This document shows positions 10,212 to 22,315 of a DNA stretch of 39,423 bases, one piece after another. Origin of the DNA: Escherichia coli (GTDB lineage Bacteria > Pseudomonadota > Gammaproteobacteria > Enterobacterales > Enterobacteriaceae); assembly GCF_003334255.1 (NCBI RefSeq), contig NZ_QOWU01000054.1; one strand, given 5' to 3'. Each line of letters opens with the position of its first letter. The first letter of the stretch is position 1. The notes below the pieces were generated by a model. It was not told the origin of the DNA and did no database searches. It was given only the letters and a program-made list of their open reading frames with translations. A program made the position numbers and the translations under genes.

Positions 10212-11105
10212 TCATTTGTGGTTCGGCAAAATCTTCCAGAATGCCTCAATTAGCGGCTCATGTAGCCGCTTTTTCTGCGCACACACGCCCAGCTCAAACG
10301 GCGTTTTCTCATCGCTGCGCTCTAAAATCATCACGCGGTTACGCACCGGTTCGGGGCTGTTTTCCAGCACCACTTCCGGCAACAATGCCACGCCACAGCC
10401 GAGTGCCACCATCGATACCATCGCTTCATGCCCGCCAACCGTGGCGTAAATCATCGGGTTACTGATTTTATTGCGTCGAAACCACAGTTCAATGCGGCGG
10501 CGTACCGGCCCCTGATCGGCCATAATAAACGGCACCGTTGACCAGTCCGGCTTCTCTACCGACACCTGATTACGCACCGGGCAGGGCAGCGCGGGGGCAA
10601 TCAGCACTACTGCCAGATTCTCCAGCATCGAAAACGCCACTGCGCCGGGCAAGGTTTCCGGTTTACCCGCAATCGCCAGATCCGCTTCACCAGTGACCAC
10701 CTTTTCCATCGCATCTGCCGCATCACCAGTAGTAAGTTTAATCTCCACCGACGGGTGTTCCGCGCGGAAGCGATCCAGAATCGGCGGCAGATGGCTGTAG
10801 GCAGCGGTCACCGAGCAGAAGATATGTAATTCGCCAGAGAGCGACGGCCCTTGCTGATCGATGGTGTGGCGCAACTGCTGATACTGCAACAGCGTTTGCT
10901 GGGCGAAAACGCGCAGCTCTTCGCCCGCTTCAGTCAGCGTCACCGTGCGGTTATCGCGCACAAACAGCGGCTGACCGAGATCTTCTTCCAGGCGCTGAAT
11001 CTGCCGTGAGAGCGTGGATGGGCTAACGTGCATCGCCCGCGCGCTGCGGCCAAAATGGCGGCTTTCCGCCAGATGCAGGAAGGTTTTCAGATCGCGTAAA
11101 TCCAC
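10212..11105 (-). CDS. ilvY: LysR-family regulator IlvY (297 aa), GTG start
   Basis: ORF track frame 10212..11189; known IlvY N-terminus [40 protein letters not shown] begins at an in-frame GTG (11105-11103). Confidence 0.9.
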
Positions 11106-11254
11106 AGGGACAGCCCTCGATGTTGACGTTGCAAAAATTGCAATGTGACGTTGTGAATATATCAATTTCCGCAATAAATTTCCTGTCATATAGTGAATTC
11201 AATCTCGCAAACGCGAACCGAACAATAAGAAGCACAACATCACGAGGAATCACC
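11106..11254. promoter_or_regulatory. Divergent ilvY / ilvC promoter-operator region
   Basis: Contains tandem self-complementary TTGCAA hexamers (ATTGCAAAAATTGCAAT, about 11128-11144) of the kind bound by a LysR-type regulator, between divergent ilvY and ilvC. Confidence 0.6.
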
Positions 11255-12730
11255 ATGGCTAACTACTTCAATACACTGAATCTGCGCCAGCAGCTGGCAC
11301 AGCTGGGCAAATGTCGCTTTATGGGCCGCGATGAATTCGCCGATGGCGCGAGCTACCTTCAGGGTAAAAAAGTAGTCATCGTCGGCTGTGGCGCACAGGG
11401 TCTGAACCAGGGCCTGAACATGCGTGATTCTGGTCTCGATATCTCCTACGCTCTGCGTAAAGAAGCGATTGCCGAGAAGCGCGCGTCCTGGCGTAAAGCG
11501 ACCGAAAATGGTTTTAAAGTGGGTACTTACGAAGAACTGATCCCACAGGCGGATCTGGTGATTAACCTGACGCCGGACAAGCAGCACTCTGATGTAGTGC
11601 GCACCGTACAGCCACTGATGAAAGACGGCGCGGCGCTGGGCTACTCGCACGGTTTCAACATCGTCGAAGTGGGCGAGCAGATCCGTAAAGATATCACCGT
11701 AGTGATGGTTGCGCCGAAATGCCCAGGCACCGAAGTGCGTGAAGAGTACAAACGTGGGTTCGGCGTACCGACGCTGATTGCCGTTCACCCGGAAAACGAT
11801 CCGAAAGGCGAAGGCATGGCGATTGCCAAAGCCTGGGCGGCTGCAACCGGTGGTCACCGTGCGGGTGTGCTGGAATCGTCCTTCGTTGCGGAAGTGAAAT
11901 CTGACCTGATGGGCGAGCAAACCATCCTGTGCGGTATGTTGCAGGCTGGCTCTCTGCTGTGCTTCGACAAGCTGGTGGAAGAAGGTACCGATCCAGCATA
12001 CGCAGAAAAACTGATTCAGTTCGGTTGGGAAACCATCACCGAAGCACTGAAACAGGGCGGCATCACCCTGATGATGGACCGTCTCTCTAACCCGGCGAAA
12101 CTGCGTGCTTATGCGCTTTCTGAACAGCTGAAAGAGATCATGGCACCCCTGTTCCAGAAACATATGGACGACATCATCTCCGGCGAATTCTCTTCCGGTA
12201 TGATGGCGGACTGGGCCAACGATGATAAGAAACTGCTGACCTGGCGTGAAGAGACCGGCAAAACCGCGTTTGAAACCGCGCCGCAGTATGAAGGCAAAAT
12301 CGGCGAGCAGGAGTACTTCGATAAAGGCGTACTGATGATTGCGATGGTGAAAGCGGGCGTTGAACTGGCGTTCGAAACCATGGTCGATTCCGGCATCATT
12401 GAAGAGTCTGCATATTATGAATCACTGCACGAGCTGCCGCTGATTGCCAACACCATCGCCCGTAAGCGTCTGTACGAAATGAACGTGGTTATCTCTGATA
12501 CCGCTGAGTACGGTAACTATCTGTTCTCTTACGCTTGTGTGCCGTTGCTGAAACCGTTTATGGCAGAGCTGCAACCGGGCGACCTGGGTAAAGCTATTCC
12601 GGAAGGCGCGGTAGATAACGGGCAACTGCGTGATGTGAACGAAGCGATTCGCAGCCATGCGATTGAGCAGGTAGGTAAGAAACTGCGCGGCTATATGACA
12701 GATATGAAACGTATTGCTGTTGCGGGTTAA
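11255..12730 (+). CDS. ilvC: Ketol-acid reductoisomerase, 491 aa
   Basis: ORF track frame 11120..12730; start set at [22 protein letters not shown] with GAGGA Shine-Dalgarno; NADPH-binding GCGAQG motif. Confidence 0.95.
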
Positions 12731-12745
12731 GTGCGCGCTGATGCC

Positions 12746-12812
12746 CTCACCCCGACCCTCTCCCACAGGGAGAGGGAGAAAACACTCAAGGCCTTCTCCT
12801 GGAGAAGGCCTT
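12746..12812. terminator. Two GC-rich hairpins between convergent ilvC and ppiC (likely bidirectional terminator / palindromic unit)
   Basis: CCCTCTCCC-ACA-GGGAGAGGG and AAGGCCTTCTCC-T-GGAGAAGGCCTT inverted repeats. Confidence 0.5.
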
Positions 12813-12816
12813 GCTA

Positions 12817-13122
<306 letters not shown>

Positions 13123-13199
13123 TCAGGCGGCGATTTTAGCATGATCCGCAGATGCTAACGTAATTGTCAGTCAGGGAGTGGCTGGTACATATATGGCAA

Positions 13200-13220
13200 A
13201 AGCCCGGAAAATCCGGGCTT
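13200..13220 (-). terminator. Candidate stem-loop downstream of yifN on the minus strand
   Basis: AAGCCCGG-AAAAT-CCGGGCTT hairpin; weak T-tract on minus strand so low confidence. Confidence 0.3.
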
Positions 13221-13296
13221 CGCAGGTCCCTCAAGGGGAGAAAACTTAGGGCCTCTATGGGCTACAAAGTCATTATCGGGGATGGTTATTTTATTG

Positions 13297-13787
13297 TCAA
13301 TTTATGAGCGATATGGCATTGATTGACTTGATGACCGCCCTCTGTATGTCTGCAACCAACTCATGTGGCAAACATTGATTAAGATACCCTCTGTAAGTCC
13401 TTGCTCTGTTTAATCTGTTTCGACTGACTTGTTGTACCAGGTCGGCTTTGGCCCAACGAATCTGCTGATCAAAGAATTGCAGGTCATTGATAACATTACT
13501 GGCTATTTCAACATGCATTCCACGTTTTAACTTGTCTGGTCGCGAGTGGTTGATAATGGAACGACGATGCATGCGTTGCCATTAATTTTTCCGTTGAGCA
13601 CGACAACTAACCTGTTTTTTATCATTTCAGGAGGAATGCGGCCATCGTAATACGTCGTGCTGAACGGTCCATTTTGGCTAACAGGATAGTTACCAAAGTT
13701 GCATTCCAGTATTTCACCAACCTTAGGGCTGAAATTAATCGCCACGAGTAAACCTCTCCTTAGTAAACTCTGAAAAAGTAATAACAC
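13297..13787 (-). pseudogene. yifN: PemK/MazF (Kid)-family toxin-like gene split by a frameshift into two overlapping ORFs
   Basis: ORF track 13527..13787 (86 aa) and 13297..13572 (91 aa) on the same strand in different frames; N-part GEILECNFG...RLVVVLN...CIVVPLSTT and C-part GMHVEIASN...LPHELVADIQRAVIKSI resemble the two halves of Kid/MazF. Confidence 0.5.
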
Positions 13788-13961
13788 AACGTTACGACCC
13801 GATATTTTCTAAGTCTAATGGATTCACGATGAACTCCGATTTCGGTCTTCTCTCTCTGATTTAAACATCCGCAGCCAACCGGTTAGCGGCTTACACGCGG
13901 TCACATTCAAATGCGATTCTGCTACAATCCTCCCCCCGTTCGAAGATTGAGCAATACACCT

Positions 13962-15983
13962 ATGCGTCTAAACCCCGGCCAACAACAAGCTGTCGAATTC
14001 GTTACCGGCCCCTGCCTGGTGCTGGCGGGCGCGGGTTCCGGTAAAACTCGTGTTATCACCAATAAAATCGCCCATCTGATCCGCGGTTGCGGTTATCAGG
14101 CGCGGCACATTGCGGCGGTGACCTTTACTAATAAAGCAGCGCGCGAGATGAAAGAGCGTGTAGGGCAGACGCTGGGGCGCAAAGAGGCGCGTGGGCTGAT
14201 GATCTCCACTTTCCATACGTTGGGGCTGGATATCATCAAACGCGAGTATGCGGCGCTTGGGATGAAAGCGAACTTCTCGTTGTTTGACGATACCGATCAG
14301 CTTGCTTTGCTTAAAGAGTTGACCGAGGGGCTGATTGAAGATGACAAAGTTCTCCTGCAACAACTGATTTCGACCATCTCTAACTGGAAGAATGATCTCA
14401 AAACACCGTCCCAGGCGGCAGCAAGTGCGATTGGCGAGCGGGACCGTATTTTTGCCCATTGTTATGGGCTGTATGATGCACACCTGAAAGCCTGTAACGT
14501 TCTCGACTTCGATGATCTGATTTTATTGCCGACGTTGCTGCTGCAACGCAATGAAGAAGTCCGCGAGCGCTGGCAGAACAAAATTCGCTATCTGCTGGTG
14601 GATGAGTATCAGGACACCAACACCAGCCAGTATGAGCTGGTGAAACTGCTGGTGGGCAGCCGCGCGCGCTTTACCGTGGTGGGTGACGATGACCAGTCGA
14701 TCTACTCCTGGCGCGGTGCACGTCCGCAAAACTTGGTGCTGCTGAGTCAGGATTTTCCGGCGCTGAAGGTGATTAAGCTTGAGCAGAACTATCGCTCTTC
14801 CGGGCGTATTCTGAAAGCGGCGAACATCCTGATCGCCAATAACCCGCACGTCTTTGAAAAGCGTCTGTTCTCCGAACTGGGTTATGGCGCGGAGCTAAAA
14901 GTATTAAGCGCGAATAACGAAGAACATGAGGCTGAGCGCGTTACTGGCGAGCTGATCGCCCATCACTTCGTCAATAAAACGCAGTACAAAGATTACGCCA
15001 TTCTTTATCGCGGTAACCATCAGTCGCGGGTGTTTGAAAAATTCCTGATGCAAAACCGCATCCCGTACAAAATATCTGGTGGTACGTCGTTTTTCTCTCG
15101 TCCTGAAATCAAGGACTTGCTGGCTTATCTGCGCGTGCTGACTAACCCGGACGATGACAGCGCATTTCTGCGTATCGTTAACACGCCGAAGCGAGAGATT
15201 GGCCCGGCTACGCTGAAAAAGCTGGGTGAGTGGGCGATGACGCGCAATAAAAGCATGTTTACCGCCAGCTTTGATATGGGCCTGAGTCAGACGCTTAGCG
15301 GACGTGGTTATGAAGCATTGACCCGCTTCACTCACTGGTTGGCAGAAATCCAGCGTCTGGCGGAGCGGGAGCCGATTGCCGCGGTGCGTGATCTGATCCA
15401 TGGCATGGATTATGAATCCTGGCTGTACGAAACATCGCCCAGCCCGAAAGCCGCCGAAATGCGCATGAAGAACGTCAACCAACTGTTTAGCTGGATGACG
15501 GAGATGCTGGAAGGCAGTGAACTGGATGAGCCGATGACGCTCACCCAGGTGGTGACGCGCTTTACTTTGCGCGACATGATGGAGCGTGGTGAGAGTGAAG
15601 AAGAGCTGGATCAGGTGCAACTGATGACTCTCCACGCGTCGAAAGGGCTGGAGTTTCCTTATGTCTACATGGTCGGTATGGAAGAAGGGTTTTTGCCGCA
15701 CCAGAGCAGCATCGATGAAGATAATATCGATGAGGAGCGGCGGCTGGCCTATGTCGGCATTACCCGCGCCCAGAAGGAATTGACCTTTACGCTGTGTAAA
15801 GAACGCCGTCAGTACGGCGAACTGGTGCGCCCGGAGCCGAGCCGCTTTTTGCTGGAGCTGCCGCAGGATGATCTGATTTGGGAACAGGAGCGCAAAGTGG
15901 TCAGCGCCGAAGAACGGATGCAGAAAGGGCAAAGCCATCTGGCGAATCTGAAAGCGATGATGGCGGCAAAACGAGGGAAATAA
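13962..15983 (+). CDS. rep: ATP-dependent DNA helicase Rep, 673 aa
   Basis: ORF track frame 13911..15983; start set at [39 protein letters not shown] (UvrD/Rep superfamily 1 helicase, Walker A GAGSGKT). Confidence 0.95.
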   Translation: MRLNPGQQQAVEFVTGPCLVLAGAGSGKTRVITNKIAHLIRGCGYQARHIAAVTFTNKAAREMKERVGQTLGRKEARGLMISTFHTLGLDIIKREYAALGMKANFSLFDDTDQLALLKELTEGLIEDDKVLLQQLISTISNWKNDLKTPSQAAASAIGERDRIFAHCYGLYDAHLKACNVLDFDDLILLPTLLLQRNEEVRERWQNKIRYLLVDEYQDTNTSQYELVKLLVGSRARFTVVGDDDQSIYSWRGARPQNLVLLSQDFPALKVIKLEQNYRSSGRILKAANILIANNPHVFEKRLFSELGYGAELKVLSANNEEHEAERVTGELIAHHFVNKTQYKDYAILYRGNHQSRVFEKFLMQNRIPYKISGGTSFFSRPEIKDLLAYLRVLTNPDDDSAFLRIVNTPKREIGPATLKKLGEWAMTRNKSMFTASFDMGLSQTLSGRGYEALTRFTHWLAEIQRLAEREPIAAVRDLIHGMDYESWLYETSPSPKAAEMRMKNVNQLFSWMTEMLEGSELDEPMTLTQVVTRFTLRDMMERGESEEELDQVQLMTLHASKGLEFPYVYMVGMEEGFLPHQSSIDEDNIDEERRLAYVGITRAQKELTFTLCKERRQYGELVRPEPSRFLLELPQDDLIWEQERKVVSAEERMQKGQSHLANLKAMMAAKRGK

Positions 15984-15985
15984 TC

Positions 15986-16022
15986 AAGGCCGGAAAAGAT
16001 GCGTCAGCATCGCATCCGGCAC
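15986..16022. repeat. REP element between convergent rep and gpp
   Basis: GCCGGAAAAGATGCGTCAGCATCGCATCCGGCAC; the same GATGCGTCAGCATCGCATCCGGCA core recurs at 37585-37609. Confidence 0.6.
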
Positions 16023-16029
16023 TTACTCA

Positions 16030-17514
16030 TTAATGCACTTCCAGCGGCCAGTGGACATAGCTCTGCCACTGGCTTTCCTGAGCAATAATCTCTTTACCCA
16101 GCGGATGTTGGGTTAGCCAACCTTGCGGAAGCGTCAAGGTCAACAGTTCATGGTTAGCCTGTAATGTCATCTCTGGCACGAGATCGTCACGGCGACGGCT
16201 GGCAAAAATGATGGCCAGGCGTAGTAAACGGCAGAGTTGTTCTGCGACGCGCGGCGGTACGGCATTTTGCTGATGCAGCGATGAGAGATCGACCGGATTA
16301 GTCTGGTTGAGCAGTAGCGTCGCCAGCAATTTTTTCTGTGCGGGGGTAAAACCGGGAAGATCCAGATTACGCACCAGATAAGCAGCGTGTTGCGGCGCTT
16401 GTTTGAAGTCAACGCTCAGGCCGATTTCATGAAGCTGACAGGCGCTGATGAGCAAATCGCGGCTTATTGCTTCAAGATGCCATTCGTTTTCCACCTGATC
16501 GAAGAAGTTAGCCGCAACTTTGGCTACGCGCTGTGCCTGATCAATATCGATCATAAAGCGGCGTTGAATATTACGCAGCGTACGGCTGCGAATATCCTGC
16601 TCGACGGCCAGATGCAACATGCCGTAGACCAGGCCTTCACGCAGCGCACCGCCCGCCAGGGTCATACACTGAATATTCAGTTCGGTAAAAATGGCGATCA
16701 GGATCGCCAGACCACTCGGGAACACTAACGCACGTTCCAGCGTCAGCCCGTCAATCTCCAGTTCCTCCAGCCGACCGCAATGAATGGCTCGCTGTTTCAA
16801 TTGCTGCAACTTTTCCAGGGTAATGCGTTCATCCATCCCCTGTGCCATCATGATTTCCTGTAACGCCTGCACGGTGCCGGAAGCACCAACGCACACTTTC
16901 CAGCCGTGATACCGTAATTCATCGGCAACCGGACGTAACACTTCGCGTGCCGCTTTTTCTGCAGCATCAAAATTTTCCTGCCCCAGATTACGATCGGCAA
17001 AATAGCGTTCCAGCCAGGTGACGCAGCCCATCGACAGGCTGAACAACGAGGTGGTTTGTGCACCCGTGCCGGTTACCAGTTCAGTACTGGCTCCGCCTAT
17101 ATCCACCACCAGGCGCTGATCGGCACCACCAGTGGTGTGAGCAACGCCCTGATAAATCAGACGTGCTTCCTCTTCACCGCTGATCACCTGTACCGGACAA
17201 CCGAGAATTTCCTGCGCTTTGGCAATAAAATCACCCGCATTGACGGCAAGGCGTAACGTCGCCGTAGCGACAACGCGAATTTGCGAGGGAGGAATATCTT
17301 GCAGACGTTCAGCAAACAGGCGCAAACATTGCCAACCGCGCTCCATTGCTTCATTGGAGAGGGCATTTTCGCTATTCAGGCCAGCAGCCAGACGCACTTT
17401 GCGTTTTATTCGCGTCAGCGTCTGGATGCTTCCAGCCACCTCGCGCACAACCAGCATATGAAAACTATTCGAACCGAGATCAATGGCTGCATACAGCGAC
17501 GAGGTGGAACCCAT
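16030..17514 (-). CDS. gppA: Guanosine pentaphosphate phosphohydrolase / exopolyphosphatase family, 494 aa
   Basis: ORF track 497 aa; start set at second ATG ([21 protein letters not shown]) which has AAGGA 8-9 nt upstream; Ppx/GppA actin-like ATPase fold motifs. Confidence 0.9.
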   Translation of the reverse strand: MGSTSSLYAAIDLGSNSFHMLVVREVAGSIQTLTRIKRKVRLAAGLNSENALSNEAMERGWQCLRLFAERLQDIPPSQIRVVATATLRLAVNAGDFIAKAQEILGCPVQVISGEEEARLIYQGVAHTTGGADQRLVVDIGGASTELVTGTGAQTTSLFSLSMGCVTWLERYFADRNLGQENFDAAEKAAREVLRPVADELRYHGWKVCVGASGTVQALQEIMMAQGMDERITLEKLQQLKQRAIHCGRLEELEIDGLTLERALVFPSGLAILIAIFTELNIQCMTLAGGALREGLVYGMLHLAVEQDIRSRTLRNIQRRFMIDIDQAQRVAKVAANFFDQVENEWHLEAISRDLLISACQLHEIGLSVDFKQAPQHAAYLVRNLDLPGFTPAQKKLLATLLLNQTNPVDLSSLHQQNAVPPRVAEQLCRLLRLAIIFASRRRDDLVPEMTLQANHELLTLTLPQGWLTQHPLGKEIIAQESQWQSYVHWPLEVH

Positions 17515-17649
17515 ACTCTTCATCCTTCAATCTGTCTCTGTGTTGGCTGCATTCTTTCACCTGAATCACTTACTACAGTAAGCTCATCGGGATTCATTCT
17601 CTTGCCATCTTGATACAGTTTGAATGATTTTGAGTATGACATTTTTTAT

Positions 17650-18915
17650 TTAACCTGAACGACGACGATTACGCGGAGCGCCAGTACGACGCGGACCATT
17701 GCCTGTGCGCGGGCGCGTGAGGCGCAGCGGTTTTGGCAGATCGGTCATCAATGCGTCCGGATTGTATTTGCTTACCGGAATTGAGTGACCAATATAGGTC
17801 TCAATAGCAGGCAAATTCAATGCATACTCTTCACACGCCAGGCTGATAGAGTGACCGCTTGCGCCTGCGCGACCTGTACGACCAATACGGTGAACGTAAT
17901 CTTCACAGTCATCGGGTAAATCGTAGTTAAAGACGTGCGTCACTGCCGGAATATGCAAACCACGCGCGGCAACGTCGGTGGCAACCAGAATATCCAGATC
18001 GCCACGGGTAAATTCATCAAGAATACGCAGACGTTTTTTCTGCGCGACATCGCCTGTCAATAAACCGACACGATGACCATCTGCTGCCAGGTGGCCCCAG
18101 ATCTCTTCACAACGGTGTTTGGTGTTGGCGAAAATAATCGCTCTGTCTGGCCACTCTTCTTCGATCAGCGTTTGCAGCAAACGCATTTTTTCTTCGTTAG
18201 AAGGGTAGAAAAGCTCTTCTTTAATACGGTGGCCCGTTTTCTGTTCCGGTTCCACTTCAATATATTCGGCATTGTTCATCTGCTCGAACGCCAGTTCACG
18301 TACCCGGTACGAAAGCGTGGCGGAGAACAGCATGTTGAGGCGCTGGTTTGCAGGCGGCATACGGCGGAACAGCCAGCGGATATCTTTAATAAAGCCCAGA
18401 TCGTACATGCGATCGGCTTCGTCCAGTACCACCACCTGAATGGCACCGAGGTTAATGTGGTTCTGCTTGGCGTAGTCAATTAAACGCCCCGTGGTGCCAA
18501 TCAGAATGTCAACGCCGCTTTCCAGCACTTTCAGCTGTTTGTCGTAGCCATCACCACCGTAAGCCAGACCCAGCTTCAGGCCAGTAGCTTCCGCCAGCGG
18601 TTCTGCGTCGGCATGGATCTGCACGGCAAGTTCACGCGTCGGTGCCATAATTAAGGCACGCGGCTGATTCACCTTGCGATCGGCAATCGCAGGATGAGAG
18701 AGAAGATAATGAAACGTTGACGTAAGAAACGCCATCGTTTTCCCGGTACCGGTTTGCGCCTGCCCGGCTACGTCACGACCCGCCAGCGTCAGCGGAAGGG
18801 CCAGTGCCTGAATGGGCGTACAGTTATGAAACCCTTTTTTTTCAAGGGCTTCTACAACCTTCGGATGCAGGGCGAAGTCGGAAAACTTCTGTTCTGTTAA
18901 ATGTGTTTTGCTCAT
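17650..18915 (-). CDS. rhlB: DEAD-box ATP-dependent RNA helicase RhlB, 421 aa
   Basis: ORF track 421 aa; Q-motif, Walker [13 protein letters not shown] box VLDEADRM, Arg-rich C-terminus. Confidence 0.95.
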
Positions 18916-19045
18916 AGTGTGGTAGAATATCAGCTTACTATTGCTTTACGAAAGCGTATCCGGTGAAATAAAGTCAACCTTTAGTTGGTTAATGTTACAC
19001 CAACAACGAAACCAACACGCCAGGCTTATTCCTGTGGAGTTATAT

Positions 19046-19375
19046 ATGAGCGATAAAATTATTCACCTGACTGACGACAGTTTTGACACGGATGTACTCA
19101 AAGCGGACGGGGCGATCCTCGTCGATTTCTGGGCAGAGTGGTGCGGTCCGTGCAAAATGATCGCCCCGATTCTGGATGAAATCGCTGACGAATATCAGGG
19201 CAAACTGACCGTTGCAAAACTGAACATCGATCAAAACCCTGGCACTGCGCCGAAATATGGCATCCGTGGTATCCCGACTCTGCTGCTGTTCAAAAACGGT
19301 GAAGTGGCGGCAACCAAAGTGGGTGCACTGTCTAAAGGTCAGTTGAAAGAGTTCCTCGACGCTAACCTGGCGTAA
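19046..19375 (+). CDS. trxA: Thioredoxin 1, 109 aa
   Basis: ORF track frame 18941..19375; start set at [41 protein letters not shown] (WCGPC active site). Confidence 0.95.
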
Positions 19376-19444
19376 GGGAATTTCATGTTCGGGTGCCCCG
19401 TCGCTAAAAACTGGACGCCCGGCGTGAGTCATGCTAACTTAGTG

Positions 19445-19473
19445 TTGACTTCGTATTAAACATACCTTATTAA
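19445..19473 (+). promoter_or_regulatory. Candidate sigma-70 promoter for rhoL-rho: TTGACT - 17 nt - TATTAA
   Basis: Hexamers read directly at 19445-19450 and 19468-19473 with 17-nt spacer, about 45 nt upstream of rhoL. Confidence 0.45.
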
Positions 19474-19515
19474 GTTTGAATCTTGTAATTTCCAACGCTT
19501 CCCGTTTTATCTTAA

Positions 19516-19617
19516 ATGCGAAGTGAACAGATTTCTGGCTCGTCACTCAATCCGTCTTGTCGTTTCAGTTCTGCGTACTCTCCTGTGACCAGGCAGCGAA
19601 AAGACATGAGTCGATGA
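19516..19617 (+). CDS. rhoL: rho operon leader peptide, 33 aa MRSEQISGSSLNPSCRFSSAYSPVTRQRKDMSR
   Basis: Direct translation; located in the long rho 5' leader; matches remembered rhoL. Confidence 0.7.
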   Translation: MRSEQISGSSLNPSCRFSSAYSPVTRQRKDMSR

Positions 19618-19701
19618 CCGTAAACAGGCATGGATGATCCTGCCATACCATTCACAACATTAAGTTCGAGATTTACCCCAAGTTTAAGAACTCACACCAC
19701 T

Positions 19702-20961
19702 ATGAATCTTACCGAATTAAAGAATACGCCGGTTTCTGAGCTGATCACTCTCGGCGAAAATATGGGGCTGGAAAACCTGGCTCGTATGCGTAAGCAGGAC
19801 ATTATTTTTGCCATCCTGAAGCAGCACGCAAAGAGTGGCGAAGATATCTTTGGTGATGGCGTACTGGAGATATTGCAGGATGGATTTGGTTTCCTCCGTT
19901 CCGCAGACAGCTCCTACCTCGCCGGTCCTGATGACATCTACGTTTCCCCTAGCCAAATCCGCCGTTTCAACCTCCGCACTGGTGATACCATCTCTGGTAA
20001 GATTCGCCCGCCGAAAGAAGGTGAACGCTATTTTGCGCTGCTGAAAGTTAACGAAGTTAACTTCGACAAACCTGAAAACGCCCGCAACAAAATCCTCTTT
20101 GAGAACTTAACCCCGCTGCACGCAAACTCTCGTCTGCGTATGGAACGTGGTAACGGTTCTACTGAAGATTTAACTGCTCGCGTACTGGATCTGGCATCAC
20201 CTATCGGTCGTGGTCAGCGTGGTCTGATTGTGGCACCGCCGAAAGCCGGTAAAACCATGCTGCTGCAGAACATTGCTCAGAGCATTGCTTACAACCACCC
20301 GGATTGTGTGCTGATGGTTCTGCTGATCGACGAACGTCCGGAAGAAGTAACCGAGATGCAGCGTCTGGTAAAAGGTGAAGTTGTTGCTTCTACCTTTGAC
20401 GAACCCGCATCTCGCCACGTTCAGGTTGCGGAAATGGTGATCGAGAAGGCCAAACGCCTGGTTGAGCACAAGAAAGACGTTATCATTCTGCTCGACTCCA
20501 TCACTCGTCTGGCGCGCGCTTACAACACCGTTGTTCCGGCGTCAGGTAAAGTGTTGACCGGTGGTGTGGATGCCAACGCCCTGCATCGTCCGAAACGCTT
20601 CTTTGGTGCGGCGCGTAACGTGGAAGAGGGCGGCAGCCTGACCATTATCGCGACGGCGCTTATCGATACCGGTTCTAAAATGGACGAAGTTATCTACGAA
20701 GAGTTTAAAGGTACAGGCAACATGGAACTGCACCTCTCTCGTAAGATCGCTGAAAAACGCGTCTTCCCGGCTATCGACTACAACCGTTCTGGTACCCGTA
20801 AAGAAGAGCTGCTCACGACTCAGGAAGAACTGCAGAAAATGTGGATCCTGCGCAAAATCATTCACCCGATGGGCGAAATCGATGCAATGGAATTCCTCAT
20901 TAATAAACTGGCAATGACCAAGACCAATGACGATTTCTTCGAAATGATGAAACGCTCATAA
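19702..20961 (+). CDS. rho: Transcription termination factor Rho, 419 aa
   Basis: ORF track frame 19630..20961; start set at [33 protein letters not shown]; Walker A APPKAGKT. Confidence 0.95.
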
Positions 20962-20978
20962 ATTTGTCTTATGCCAAA

Positions 20979-21010
20979 AACGCCACGTGTTTACGTGGCG
21001 TTTTGCTTTT
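20979..21010 (+). terminator. Rho-independent terminator after rho
   Basis: AACGCCACGT-GTTT-ACGTGGCGTT stem-loop followed by TTTGCTTTT. Confidence 0.65.
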
Positions 21011-21200
21011 ATATCTGTAATCTTAATGCCGCGCTGGCGATGTTAGGAAAATTCCTGGAATTTGCTGGCATGTTATGCAATTTGCATATCAAATGGTTGA
21101 TTTTTGCACAGGACTGGTGGGTTTGGAACGGACTTTCCCTTCTGAATAAAGGTCTTCGTGGTTATACTTCTGCTAATAATTTTCTCTGAGAGCATGCATT

Positions 21201-22304
21201 GTGAATTTACTGACAGTGAGTACTGATCTCATCAGTATTTTTTTATTCACGACACTGTTTCTGTTTTTTGCCCGTAAGGTGGCAAAAAAAGTCGGTTTAG
21301 TGGATAAACCAAACTTCCGCAAACGTCACCAGGGATTGATACCTCTCGTTGGGGGGATTTCGGTTTACGCAGGGATTTGCTTCACGTTCGGAATTGTCGA
21401 TTACTATATTCCGCATGCATCTCTCTATCTCGCTTGTGCCGGTGTGCTTGTTTTCATTGGCGCGCTGGATGACCGTTTTGATATCAGCGTAAAAATCCGT
21501 GCCACCATACAGGCCGCTGTTGGCATTGTTATGATGGTGTTCGGCAAGCTTTATCTCAGTAGCCTGGGTTATATCTTTGGCTCCTGGGAGATGGTGCTCG
21601 GACCGTTTGGTTACTTCCTGACGCTATTTGCCGTCTGGGCGGCCATTAATGCGTTCAACATGGTTGATGGCATTGATGGCTTGCTGGGCGGGTTGTCCTG
21701 CGTCTCGTTTGCAGCAATCGGTATGATTTTGTGGTTCGACGGGCAAACCAGCCTCGCAATCTGGTGCTTTGCGATGATCGCCGCCATCCTGCCATACATC
21801 ATGCTTAACCTTGGTATCCTGGGTCGCCGCTACAAAGTCTTTATGGGTGATGCGGGCAGTACGCTGATTGGTTTTACCGTTATCTGGATCCTGCTCGAAA
21901 CGACCCAGGGCAAAACCCATCCCATCAGCCCGGTTACCGCTTTGTGGATAATCGCCATTCCGCTAATGGATATGGTGGCGATTATGTACCGTCGCCTGCG
22001 TAAAGGCATGAGCCCATTCTCTCCTGACCGTCAGCATATTCACCATTTGATCATGCGTGCCGGGTTTACTTCCCGTCAGGCGTTTGTGCTGATTACCCTT
22101 GCCGCAGCACTGCTCGCTTCCATTGGCGTGCTGGCAGAATATTCTCATTTTGTCCCGGAGTGGGTCATGCTGGTGCTCTTTTTGCTAGCATTCTTCCTCT
22201 ATGGATATTGCATTAAGCGTGCCTGGAAAGTTGCTCGCTTTATTAAGCGCGTAAAACGCAGACTGCGTAGAAATCGTGGTGGCAGCCCCAATTTAACCAA
22301 ATAA
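21201..22304 (+). CDS. wecA: UDP-GlcNAc:undecaprenyl-phosphate GlcNAc-1-phosphate transferase, 367 aa, GTG start
   Basis: ORF track 367 aa, polytopic membrane protein MNLLTVSTDLISIFLFTTLFLFFARKV...; first gene of the ECA cluster. Confidence 0.9.
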   Translation: MNLLTVSTDLISIFLFTTLFLFFARKVAKKVGLVDKPNFRKRHQGLIPLVGGISVYAGICFTFGIVDYYIPHASLYLACAGVLVFIGALDDRFDISVKIRATIQAAVGIVMMVFGKLYLSSLGYIFGSWEMVLGPFGYFLTLFAVWAAINAFNMVDGIDGLLGGLSCVSFAAIGMILWFDGQTSLAIWCFAMIAAILPYIMLNLGILGRRYKVFMGDAGSTLIGFTVIWILLETTQGKTHPISPVTALWIIAIPLMDMVAIMYRRLRKGMSPFSPDRQHIHHLIMRAGFTSRQAFVLITLAAALLASIGVLAEYSHFVPEWVMLVLFLLAFFLYGYCIKRAWKVARFIKRVKRRLRRNRGGSPNLTK

Positions 22305-22315
22305 ATGAGGATGTG

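Noticed and set aside
14904-15938. 344-aa ORF on the minus strand antisense to rep; similar long antisense ORFs at 11240..12163 (inside ilvC), 25028..25768 (inside wecC) and 8690..9238 (inside ilvA)
   Set aside because: They lie entirely within strongly supported genes on the opposite strand, their translations are low-complexity and Arg/His/Gln-rich with no recognisable domain, and such shadow ORFs are common opposite GC-rich, codon-biased genes.
20971-21189. 72-aa ORF in the rho-wecA intergenic region
   Set aside because: No convincing Shine-Dalgarno, it overlaps the rho terminator hairpin, and the translation is hydrophobic low-complexity; more likely non-coding wecA promoter/leader sequence.
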